Made by a program: the position numbers and the translations under genes
Assembly: GCA_022729255.1 (NCBI GenBank)
Contig: JALDAG010000003.1
Location: 1 to 51,665, forward strand
Origin: Candidatus Nanohalarchaeota archaeon
Lineage (GTDB): Archaea > Nanohalarchaeota > Nanosalinia > Nanosalinales > Nanoanaerosalinaceae
Reading direction: 5' to 3'
DNA: 51,665 nucleotides
The notes under the pieces: model-generated
What the model was told of the DNA's origin: nothing
Database searches by the model: none
Seen by the model: the letters and a program-made list of their open reading frames with translations, nothing else
Shown here: positions 1 through 8,876 of the stretch, one piece after another
Layout of the letters: each line of letters opens with the position of its first letter
Numbering within the stretch: position 1 is the first letter of the stretch

Positions 1-2685
1 CCAGTAGATAGCAACCGATCTGGCTCACGCCGATCTAAACCCAGCTCACGATCCGTTTTAATGGGTGAACACCCCCACCCTTGGCCGCGGCTGCACGGCC
101 AGGATACGGAGAGCCGACATCGAAGTAACAAGCCTGCGGGTCGATATGGGCTCGCGCCGCAGACAATCCAGTTATCCCCGGAGTACCTTTTCTGTCATAC
201 CAGAGCCTCAACCAAGAGGCTACTAGGGTTCGCTAAGCCTCGCTTTCGCGTCAGGACTCAGAAATGTAGTGAGTCCTGTCAGGCCCTCTTTTGCCTTTGT
301 GCTCTACGCCCGAGTTCTGACCGGGCTGAGAGGACCTTTGGACCCGTCTGATTTGTTATCAGACGGATGCCGCCCCAGCTAAACCGCCCAACTATCACTG
401 TCCCTTTTCAGGTTAGACGTACGGGCTTCGGAGGGTAGTGTCCCATGGTTGGCTCCATCACACCTAGTGGCGCGACTTCGAAGCCTCCTACCTACGCTTC
501 ACACCAAAGCCCATACATCAATAAAAGCCTGCGGTAAAGGTTCACAGGGTCTTCGCTTCCCACTGGATGTCACCGGCCTTTGCACCGGTATGGCGCGGTT
601 CACCGAGCCTTGGCTTGGGACAGTAGATACCTCGTTACTCCATTCGTGCGGGCCAACAGTTGATTGGCAAGGGATTACGCTACCTTAAGACGGTCATAGT
701 TACCGCCGCCGTTTACGAGCCCTTCTTCCTCTTGTACAAGGTAATCAGGTACTCGCACTGGGCAGGAGTCGCCGGCTGTACAAACCTTTTCAGGCTAGCA
801 GCCAGCTACGTTTTTATTAAACAGTCGGGCATCTCTAGTCATTGCAACCCGTCCTTTCACAAAGACGGGCACCCCATCTCCAAAAGTTACGGGGCTAATT
901 TGCCGAATTCCCTAAGCCAAGTATTACTCGACACCCCTTAGTCTATTCAACCAGGGCACCTGTGCTGGATCTGGGTACGAACAAGGACTTAAGACTCCTT
1001 TTCACGGGTTCTAGGAATCAGCTAAACCCAGGATTTGTTCCTAGGCTGTTCTGGCATTCAAAAGGTTCTCGCCATTACGGCGCTCCCCTTCCTTAAACCA
1101 TTAAACAGAGTATGCCTCTGCTTAGCTTATCCCAAAACGTCAGAGTCAACTGAACGTGTCCTAACGGTACCGGAATATTAACCGGTTTCCCATTCGTCAT
1201 CCTCGATTAAGGAATGACTTAGGATCGACTAACCCCCAGCTGACGAACATTGCTGGGGAACCCTTGCCCTTGCGGGGGTGAGGATTCGAACCTCACTTTT
1301 GTTGGTACTGCCGACAGGATTATCGTTCCTACACGGTCCATTCGACCTCACAGCCGAATTTCCATCCATGCAGGACGCCTCCCTACCGGTCGTGGAATGC
1401 TACCACGACCCCAGGGTCTCGGTGGCTAGTTTGAGCCCCGTCCATTTACGGCGTCCCAGACCTCAACGGGTGAGCTTTTACGCTTTCTTTAAAGGGTAGC
1501 TGCTTCTAAGCTAACCTCCCCGCTGTCTAAGATCCGGGACAACCTTCAGGTACACTTAACTAGCACTTAGGGACCTTAACCCTAGTCTGGGTTGTTTCCC
1601 TCTAGGAGCAGCAGCTTACCCGCTACCCCTCACTCCCTGAGTTTTCAGCATTAGCAAGTTCGGAGTTTGACAACGGAAGCAGCTCAAAGAGCTGGATTTC
1701 CATAATCAGTAGCTCTACCTCACTAATTGCCTCGTCAGGGGCTGCACTTCGGTGCATTTCGGGAGGAACCAGCGATTACCGGTTTCGATTGGCATTTCAC
1801 CGCTATTCACAGTTCACACGAGCGCTTGCTCACAGCAACGCTTTGGGCCTCCATGCAGCTTTCGCTACATTTCACCCGGACCATGAATAGATCAACCGGC
1901 TTCGGATAGTATTTCAGTGACTTCCCGCACTTTCGTACGGCGTCCCTCACAATGTTGCGGACATGTTGCTTTCGCTTCGGTTGCAAAGCTAGACACTTTT
2001 TAACCTCGCCACAGAAATACACTCCCTGCCCCGTTTTTCAAAACGGAAGTCAGAACCCTGCTCCGCTCCTCTCGTACTACAACCTCTCAGTTGATTCCTT
2101 CAAGGAACATCGGCGCTTTAAGGCTCTGACCAGCCTAAGACCAGGCAGGTTCAAGCTCTTTTAACCTCCTTTTTAGGGATTCTTTTCAACTTTCGCTCAC
2201 GCTACTGGTACGCTATCGGACTCAAGACGTATTTAGAGTTGGAAGTCGGTGCCTCCCAAATTCACAAGGGATTTCCAACCCCTGCTATTCTGGAAACCGT
2301 CACATCTTTGAAACGTTTACCTACGGGACTATCACCCTCTGAAGTGTTCCGTTCCAGAAAACTTCGGTTAGGTCTCAAAGACTAAAAGACGGACCAAAAA
2401 ACCACATATTCCTTCACTCACGTGAAGGTATTCAGTTTGCTCTGAACCGCTTTCGATCGCCCCTACTAACGGTATCTCGGTTGATTTCTTTTCCTGCTGG
2501 TACTAAGATGTTTCAGTTCCCAGCGTTCCCGTTTCCAGAGGAAACACGTGTAAAACACGTAGGAAGTCCTATTAGGAAACCTTGGGCTCCAAGGCTACAT
2601 GCGCCTCACCCAAGATTTTCACAGCTTGTCACGTCCTTCATCAGCGTCTTGAGCCGAGCTATCCTCTACCTGGATTAAACGAACC
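1..2685 (-). rRNA. rrl: 23S rRNA (3' part outside window; 5' end approximate)
   Basis: Reverse complement has LSU landmarks: GATGTCGGCTC, GGGATAAC, GTAACTATGACCGTCTTAAGGTAGC, and a 5' GGATAGCTCGGCTCAAGACGCTGATGAAGGACGTG. Confidence 0.98.
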
Positions 2686-2889
2686 TCTCAGTCCGTGTGA
2701 TCTCCAACAATCAGTACTCGACACCACTTTTTACAGTGGGACAAAGATGTACAGGACCTACTTTGTACCGCTCCAGGAAAACCTGGAACAACAAAAAAAA
2801 TTTACGGTTGCACCTGAATTGATGCAGGATATGTTAAAAAACACACCCTTGAATAACCTTCCAGTCTTTTTAGGACAGGAAAGCTTTAA

Positions 2890-2963
2890 TGGACCCGCAG
2901 GGATTTGAACCCTGGGCCTTCCCCTTGCAAGGGGGACGTTCTGCCAGACTGAACTACGGGCCC
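2890..2963 (-). tRNA. tRNA-Ala(TGC) in the 16S-23S spacer, CCA not encoded
   Basis: GGGCCCG...CGGGTCCA cloverleaf, anticodon loop with TGC, T-loop TTCAAAT. Confidence 0.97.
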
Positions 2964-2993
2964 AAAACTATAAACAGAAAACTCCCGTAGCTC

Positions 2994-4627
2994 AACTGAC
3001 GATAGATGTATTGGTGTTTTACCAGCCCAGTCCGAGTAGTTTGGAGGTGATCCAGCCGCTGGTTCCCCAACGGCTACCTTGTTATGACTTAGCCCCCCTT
3101 GCTAATTCCAGATTTGATCCTCTCAGAGAGAGAACCTCACCTGGGACTAACTCGGGTGACTTGACAGGCGGTGTGTACAAGGAGCAGGGACGTATTCGCC
3201 GCTAGATAATGACTAGCGACTACTAGCGATTTCGCCTTCATGAGGCTGAGTTACAAGCCTCAATCCGAACTACGACCGGTTTTAGGGGTTTAGCTTCTCC
3301 TCTCGGAGTCGCATCCCTTTGTACCGGCCATTGTAGGCCGCGTGTATCCCAGAGCGTTCGGGCCATACTGACCTACCGTCGCCCGTTCCTTCCTCTGATT
3401 TATCACCAGCGGTCTCCTATGAGTGCCGGACCTCCGGAGAGGACCGTAGCAACATAGGACACGGGTCTCGCTCGTTACCTCACTTAAGAGGACACCTCAC
3501 GGCACGAGCTGACGGCGGCCATGCAACACCTCTCAGCTCCTCAGGTAAGCTCTTCAAGCTGACCATCATTGTGCTGTCGGCTCTGGTAGGGTTTGCTGCG
3601 TTGGATCTAATTAAACCGCAGCCCCCACCGCTTGTGGTGCTCCCCCGTCAATTCCTTTAAGTTTTAGCCTTGCGACCGTACTCCCCAGGCGGTCCACTTA
3701 ACGGTTTTCCTTCGGCACAAGGAATCCTCGGAAGATTCCTTACATCAAGTGGACATCGTTAACGGCCAGGACTACAGGGGTATCTAATCCCCTTTGCTCC
3801 CCTGGCTTTCGTCCCTCACCGTCGGATCCGTAATCGCCGAGCGCTTTCGCCACCGGCGCTCCTCCTGGAATTTTAGGATTTCACCCCTACTCCAGGAATA
3901 GCCTCGACGCCTTCCGGTCCCAAGCCCCATAGTATCCACCGCACTTCTGATAGTTAAGCTACCAGATTTCACAGCGGACTTATGAAGCCGGCTACGGACG
4001 CTTTAAGCCCAATAATCGTGGCCACCACTCGCGGTGCTGCTATTACCACGGCGGCTGGCAGCAGTCTTGCCCACCACTTGTTGCTGAACCTCCTTAAAGT
4101 TCAGGAAAGCTTCCCGCTTTGTTTACGAGAAGCACTTGGAGTCCCCCTATCGCGCTTTCACGCATTGTAAAGGTTTCGTGCCTGCTGCATCCCGTAGGAT
4201 CCGTGTTCTTGTCTCAGAACACGACTGACGGCTCGCGCTCTCACGCCCGCTACTGATTATCGGCACACCGAGAAGTTACCTCAGCGTATACCTAATCAGC
4301 CGCAGTCCCATCCTAAGGCGCCGGAACATTTCAAGAAGACACCATTCCAGGCAATTCTTCCCTATCCAGTATTAGCCTCAGTTTCCCGAGGTTGTCCTGG
4401 TCCTTAGGGCAGGTTGACTACGTGTTACTCAGCTTTCCGCTCCGATCTAAATCGGTCAGCTAGCATGGCTAAATCGGACTCCAATAGCAGTGGCCTCCGG
4501 CAGGATCAACCGGAATTACAGTCAATAAAGACTGTCGCACGCTCACAAAAGAGTGCTAAACCAAATCTCCCTCCAAAAAGAGAGATAAAGAAACTAGACT
4601 GGTAAAATATCACCACTATCGCCAATT
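2994..4627 (-). other. 16S processing stem with bulge-helix-bulge motif (arms ~2994-3034 and ~4591-4627)
   Basis: 5' arm GATAGT-GGTG-ATA-TTTTACCAGTCTAGTTT pairs with 3' arm GGACTGGGCTGGTAAAA-CACC-AAT-AC..TATC, giving a 4-bp helix between two 3-nt bulges. Confidence 0.8.
3043..4516 (-). rRNA. rrs: 16S rRNA
   Basis: Starts ATTCCGGTTGATCCTGCCGGA, ends GGATCACCTCC; ~1474 nt; no intron seen. Confidence 0.99.
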
Positions 4628-4734
4628 ACTTACATCACACCCATCAGGGTGCTCATCATTTACTTCCAAAATAAATGGAAGTTATTTACGTCAGCCAGCC
4701 TTTACTAGCCGACAAAACCTTATTCCATCATCAA

Positions 4735-4747
4735 GATTTAAATAAAC
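4735..4747 (-). promoter_or_regulatory. Putative TATA box of rRNA operon
   Basis: TTTATTTAAATC on minus strand upstream of the processing stem. Confidence 0.5.
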
Positions 4748-4754
4748 AACGGTA

Positions 4755-4800
4755 CACCAAAAAACATGTCTTGAACATTTTTGGTGCGTAACACAAAAAA
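4755..4800 (-). terminator. Oligo-T tracts and hairpin after dnaG
   Basis: CACCAAAAA...TTTTTGGTG inverted repeat with T6 runs downstream of the dnaG stop. Confidence 0.4.
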
Positions 4801-4813
4801 TAGAGGTTAACCT

Positions 4814-5950
4814 TTAAATATCCTCCTTCTTCAAACAACAAACTCTTGAACAGTCTGTATCCCCTCTCATACCTACGATAAATTCTATTCCAAAGTTTTC
4901 AGCACCTGCAACTACTTTTTCAGATATGCTTCCGTCAAAAACAACGGCATACGCATTAGAACCAAATGATTCAAACCCATCAGAAATTCTAGAAGCAGGA
5001 AGCTTCCCGATTTCATTGAGATCTTTGTCAAGAAACACCGCTCCGCGAGTTCCCACCAACTCTTTCAACAAGCCGGCAAAAACCGTTCTTTCTATGTCGG
5101 AAACAGTGCATTCTTTATCCTCTTTATCCTCTTCCAATTTTTCTTCTACCGAATTATCTTCCATGTCTCCAAGACAAGACTCTATCTCTTCGGAACTAAG
5201 ATCCTCAACCTCTTTTCCTCTGGGAGCTCTAGCGATAAAATCGTAATCTAATTTAGCGTCGACCTCCTTCTTTATGAGATCTCCTCCTCTATCTCCATCA
5301 AGGAAAAACACAATCTTTTCATGATTTTCTGCTATTTCAGAGACTTTTTCAGGTACCGATGTCCCTCCTATCGCCACAGCGTTATCATAACCGTTGTTAA
5401 GAAGGTTCAATACATCGCTCCTTCCCTCGACAAAGATGATCTCTTCAGAATTAAAAACTCCTGGTCCAGCATATAATCCATAATAGGATTTAACTGTTGG
5501 ATCCATCCTTTTTTTAACGCTTTTAGAAAGGTCTTCCGGTCCTGGGGCCTCGTCAACCATATTTTGAAGCAGTTCTTGAGCTCTATCAACTATGTAGCTT
5601 CTTTTAGAAATCCTAACATCTTCTACGCTTTCTATTTTTACATCCGCAATACACGGCCCTACCCTATCAATGGTTTCTAAAGAAGCTGCAAGAATCGCTG
5701 TTTCTGCAGAATCCAAGCCGCTCGGGATTTTTAACCTGGCTTCGGAATCTCCGTTATCGCTTTCAACTTCGACCTCTATACGACCCACCTTGCCCTTGAC
5801 TTGAAGCTTTCTTAAATCCATTTCAGGACCTAATAAGCCTTCGGTCTGGCCAAAAATCGCTCCAATAACATCTGGTTTTTCTACGACGCCTTTTGAATTT
5901 ATAACTGCTTTAATGATGTATTTTACTGATGAATTGTATGAATTAGACAT
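4814..5950 (-). CDS. dnaG: Archaeal DnaG-like TOPRIM protein
   Basis: GVVEKPDVIGAIFGQTEGLLG, VEGRSDV, DGDRGG motifs; ATG at 5950 preferred over the ORF-track start 5959. Confidence 0.95.
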   Translation of the reverse strand: MSNSYNSSVKYIIKAVINSKGVVEKPDVIGAIFGQTEGLLGPEMDLRKLQVKGKVGRIEVEVESDNGDSEARLKIPSGLDSAETAILAASLETIDRVGPCIADVKIESVEDVRISKRSYIVDRAQELLQNMVDEAPGPEDLSKSVKKRMDPTVKSYYGLYAGPGVFNSEEIIFVEGRSDVLNLLNNGYDNAVAIGGTSVPEKVSEIAENHEKIVFFLDGDRGGDLIKKEVDAKLDYDFIARAPRGKEVEDLSSEEIESCLGDMEDNSVEEKLEEDKEDKECTVSDIERTVFAGLLKELVGTRGAVFLDKDLNEIGKLPASRISDGFESFGSNAYAVVFDGSISEKVVAGAENFGIEFIVGMRGDTDCSRVCCLKKEDI

Positions 5951-6197
5951 GATAATCACGTAGAATACTTAATACTTCATCTTTTTCAATATCGACAACC
6001 AGCTTTTTCCTCCTTCTATGGTGTCCTGACATTATACCAACATTTTTTCCCAGTATTTTCGAAAGTCTTGTTACGAGTTCTTTGTTGGCTTTTCCATCGA
6101 TAGGCTCCGATTTAAGAAAAATCTTTGGGATGTTTCCTGATAAATCTATATCGAACTCTTCGCTGTCAGTTTCCACCTTAACATAAAATGTCGGCAT
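5943..6197 (-). CDS. DUF167/YggU family protein
   Basis: P.DGKANKELV..LSK.L and SG...RRKK pattern. Confidence 0.8.
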   Translation of the reverse strand: MPTFYVKVETDSEEFDIDLSGNIPKIFLKSEPIDGKANKELVTRLSKILGKNVGIMSGHHRRRKKLVVDIEKDEVLSILRDYHV

Positions 6198-6230
6198 GAA
6201 AATAAAGTTACAATGAAAGACATTAAAAAG

Positions 6231-6779
6231 TCATAGGCTGTGCTCAAGCGGTTCATATCTCTGTCTCCTTGGTTTTCTAACTACGGGTTCTAAGCCGAAG
6301 TAGGCACGTGTTTCATTGAGGTATCTCCTTGTTTCCTCTTGAGCAAGTTCTACCCAGTAAAGGAATTGTTTACGGTATATGGAATTAAACCATATTCTTC
6401 TAAGGAATGAATGGATCCAATTATCTTTTTCACCCGGCATAGAAACAACAAGTTTCGTATTGACGTCAAGCTGGACTGCTCCGTAGAGCCCTTTTCCTCC
6501 TTCTTTGTCCTTTAGAGGCGACTGGTTAAAGTAAGTGATATAAAATCTCAGCTCTGTATCAGATATCTGGTTCCTGAAACCTCCTTCCAGCTGTCTAGTA
6601 GCTATTAGTTCAACCTTGAAATCGTTGTTGTCAACGTTTTCCTCGTAATATACCTCATAAACATCATCAAAGTTCAAATCCTGTTCAAGGATGTCGAGAA
6701 GTTTTTCGTAATACTTCACAACGCTGAATGCTTCAAACCACTCCTCCATCTTTACAACTTCTCTCTCCACTTTAAACAT
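6231..6779 (-). CDS. Hypothetical protein (paralog 3 of triplet)
   Basis: 182 aa; shares the Y..L...LE....FD.V.E motif and a C-terminal helix pattern with its two neighbours. Confidence 0.75.
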   Translation of the reverse strand: MFKVEREVVKMEEWFEAFSVVKYYEKLLDILEQDLNFDDVYEVYYEENVDNNDFKVELIATRQLEGGFRNQISDTELRFYITYFNQSPLKDKEGGKGLYGAVQLDVNTKLVVSMPGEKDNWIHSFLRRIWFNSIYRKQFLYWVELAQEETRRYLNETRAYFGLEPVVRKPRRQRYEPLEHSL

Positions 6780-7364
6780 TTAAGAACCCTCTTTACCAAA
6801 GTCAGGAATGTATCCTTCTCTTTTGCTCCTTCCAATTGCTTTTGTAGATCCTAAAACCTGTCTAAAACGAGAAGCTACTTCTATAGCTAGTTCCTCTGCT
6901 TCCTCTTTATAAACTTCCCACTCTGATTTTGAAACTCTTCCCTGAACGAAGTCCATTATTTTGGTTTTTATTGATGAAATTATCGAAGTTTTACCTATAA
7001 ACGTCTGTTCAACAAAACTATCCAAATACCCCCATTCAGGATCTTTTTTTCTTTCAACAGTTCCCGTGATCATGAATCTTCCTTTGACAGTGTTTTCGCC
7101 GTATTTCCTATTAGGTCTTGGTTTTTTAACTCTGGTCTTTACCTTGATCCTTATACGAGTATAAGGATCTTTGTATTTATAACCTATAATATCCGGTTTA
7201 ATGGGTAATGACTTCCACATCTCGCTTCTGCCCTCCTCTATCTCGTCAAACCCCAGTTCCTCCATTATCCTAAGGGCGTGCCTATAATATTCAAAAACCT
7301 CGTCTATGTTCCTGCCATATATCTCTTCTCTTCGCTCAATAACTTCTTCTTTCTTTGAGTCCAT
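6780..7364 (-). CDS. Hypothetical protein (paralog 2 of triplet)
   Basis: 194 aa; its stop abuts the next start (TAAATG). Confidence 0.75.
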   Translation of the reverse strand: MDSKKEEVIERREEIYGRNIDEVFEYYRHALRIMEELGFDEIEEGRSEMWKSLPIKPDIIGYKYKDPYTRIRIKVKTRVKKPRPNRKYGENTVKGRFMITGTVERKKDPEWGYLDSFVEQTFIGKTSIISSIKTKIMDFVQGRVSKSEWEVYKEEAEELAIEVASRFRQVLGSTKAIGRSKREGYIPDFGKEGS

Positions 7365-7373
7365 AGGATTGCC

Positions 7374-7835
7374 TCACAAATTCTTTAAACTGCCTCTGAG
7401 TTCGGAGTGGATTTCGTTTAAAAGCTCTCTGGCATCGTCTTTCCACTTTCCTCTTGCCCAACCATATACTAACTTATCATAGACGCTTCTAAACGCATAA
7501 TACCATACAGACCTTGTTCCAGAACTATTAGAATATTTTGTCACTACTTCGCCTTTTGAATCGACCGTTACAGATGCCGATAGTCCTTTAGGATCGTCTT
7601 TAGTTATGTTAAGAACTATGGTTATTTCTACAACAGTAAAATCGTCCATCTCATTGTAACAGTTTATTTTAGATATTATAAGGCCTCTCTCAACATGGTG
7701 ACGGAATTTTTCTTCTTCAACCCTATCAAATACGAACCTGTTTTCCAAAAGGTCTTTGACCTCCCTGTATGCTACCTCCCAATCGGAAACATCGACCGTC
7801 GTGGTTTTTCTACCGGCCTCCTCTTCTATATACAT
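7374..7835 (-). CDS. Hypothetical protein (paralog 1 of triplet)
   Basis: 153 aa; TATA-like TTATTTTAAG ~25 bp upstream of ATG suggests a leaderless mRNA. Confidence 0.75.
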   Translation of the reverse strand: MYIEEEAGRKTTTVDVSDWEVAYREVKDLLENRFVFDRVEEEKFRHHVERGLIISKINCYNEMDDFTVVEITIVLNITKDDPKGLSASVTVDSKGEVVTKYSNSSGTRSVWYYAFRSVYDKLVYGWARGKWKDDARELLNEIHSELRGSLKNL

Positions 7836-8058
7836 AACAAAAAATGAACTTCACAACTTAAAATAAGTTACCTAACAGTCCAGTACTTCGGAACCTTCGT
7901 GGATAATTCTTTGGTTTCACGTTTTTTCCTAGTTAATTGTTCAGAGAAAGGTCGGATGTGAAGCATGTTTTGTCAAACTAGAGAGGTTCTAGGGTCAAAA
8001 AAACAGGTTTTTAGAGCCTCTAGTTATAATTATTCCTAACAAAAAAGAGGTTTTTCTC

Positions 8059-8499
8059 CTATATTCCTGATGCAAGTTCCTCCAAAACATCTACATACCC
8101 TGGCCAAGTATGTAACAGATCTGTCTGTGTAACTATCCCTACTACTTCTCCGGATCCTGAAACAATAGGAACTCTTGAAATATCGTTTTTTATCATTTTT
8201 ACCGCTACATCATAAACATCATCGGATTCAAAACTTACTATGACGTCTTCTGTCATTATATCTTTGACTTTGGTATTTGAAGCATCTTTGCCTTCTGCCA
8301 CTACCTTGTACAATATATCTTTTCCAGCTATTATGCCAATAACTTCATTATCTTCTACGACAGCCAGTCCTCTAACGTCTTTACCTTTCATCTCTATTGC
8401 TGCTTCTTTTATAGACGCGTTTTTATCGATTCCAAAAACTTCTTTGCTCATTATTTCGCTGACGTTTAGTTTATCCATGTCAAAATTTATGGTTTCCAA
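8059..8499 (-). CDS. CBS-domain pair protein
   Basis: VSEIMS / VKDIMT repeats, VIGII and VVGIVTQTDLL; TTG start. Confidence 0.9.
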   Translation of the reverse strand: METINFDMDKLNVSEIMSKEVFGIDKNASIKEAAIEMKGKDVRGLAVVEDNEVIGIIAGKDILYKVVAEGKDASNTKVKDIMTEDVIVSFESDDVYDVAVKMIKNDISRVPIVSGSGEVVGIVTQTDLLHTWPGYVDVLEELASGI

Positions 8500-8569
8500 C
8501 TAATTAAAATTAACTATCACGTCTAAAATGTGAAATAAAAATGAATGTGAACTGAAAATCTGAAAGAAA

Positions 8570-8830
8570 CACCCCCTTGTTTCATCTGGAGAAAAATGTG
8601 TTATCAAAACCTAGAAAAATTTGAACCACACACCCCTTCATTTCTATTAAAATTGTTATTGTATAATAACAACATATAATTTTTGTTTTGGGCTCTGAAA
8701 ACAGGATTAAACTTCATATGCAGATACCATAAAACAACAATTTTCAACACAACAAAACATATATACCCCCCTTTATGGAAAAAACCGGTGTGAACAAAAA
8801 ACATATATACCCCCTTATTTCATGTGCAGA
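8570..8830 (-). promoter_or_regulatory. Cluster of ORB-like elements downstream of DP2
   Basis: Minus strand CTCCAGATGAAACAAGGGGGTG (8570-8591) and TCTGCACATGAAATAAGGGGGT (8809-8830); degenerate copies near 8627-8652, 8710-8724 and 8765-8780; AT-rich interior. Confidence 0.7.
8754..8814. repeat. 17-bp direct repeat AAAACATATATACCCCC x2
   Basis: Exact copies at 8754-8770 and 8798-8814, each abutting the G-string end of an ORB-like element. Confidence 0.85.
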
Positions 8831-8876
8831 AAAAGTTATAAACCCCTTCGATTAAAGAGAAAGAAATGTGAAAAAC

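Noticed and set aside
61-4605. Short ORFs in the ORF track across the rRNA operon
   Set aside because: They overlap 16S/23S rRNA and are incidental.
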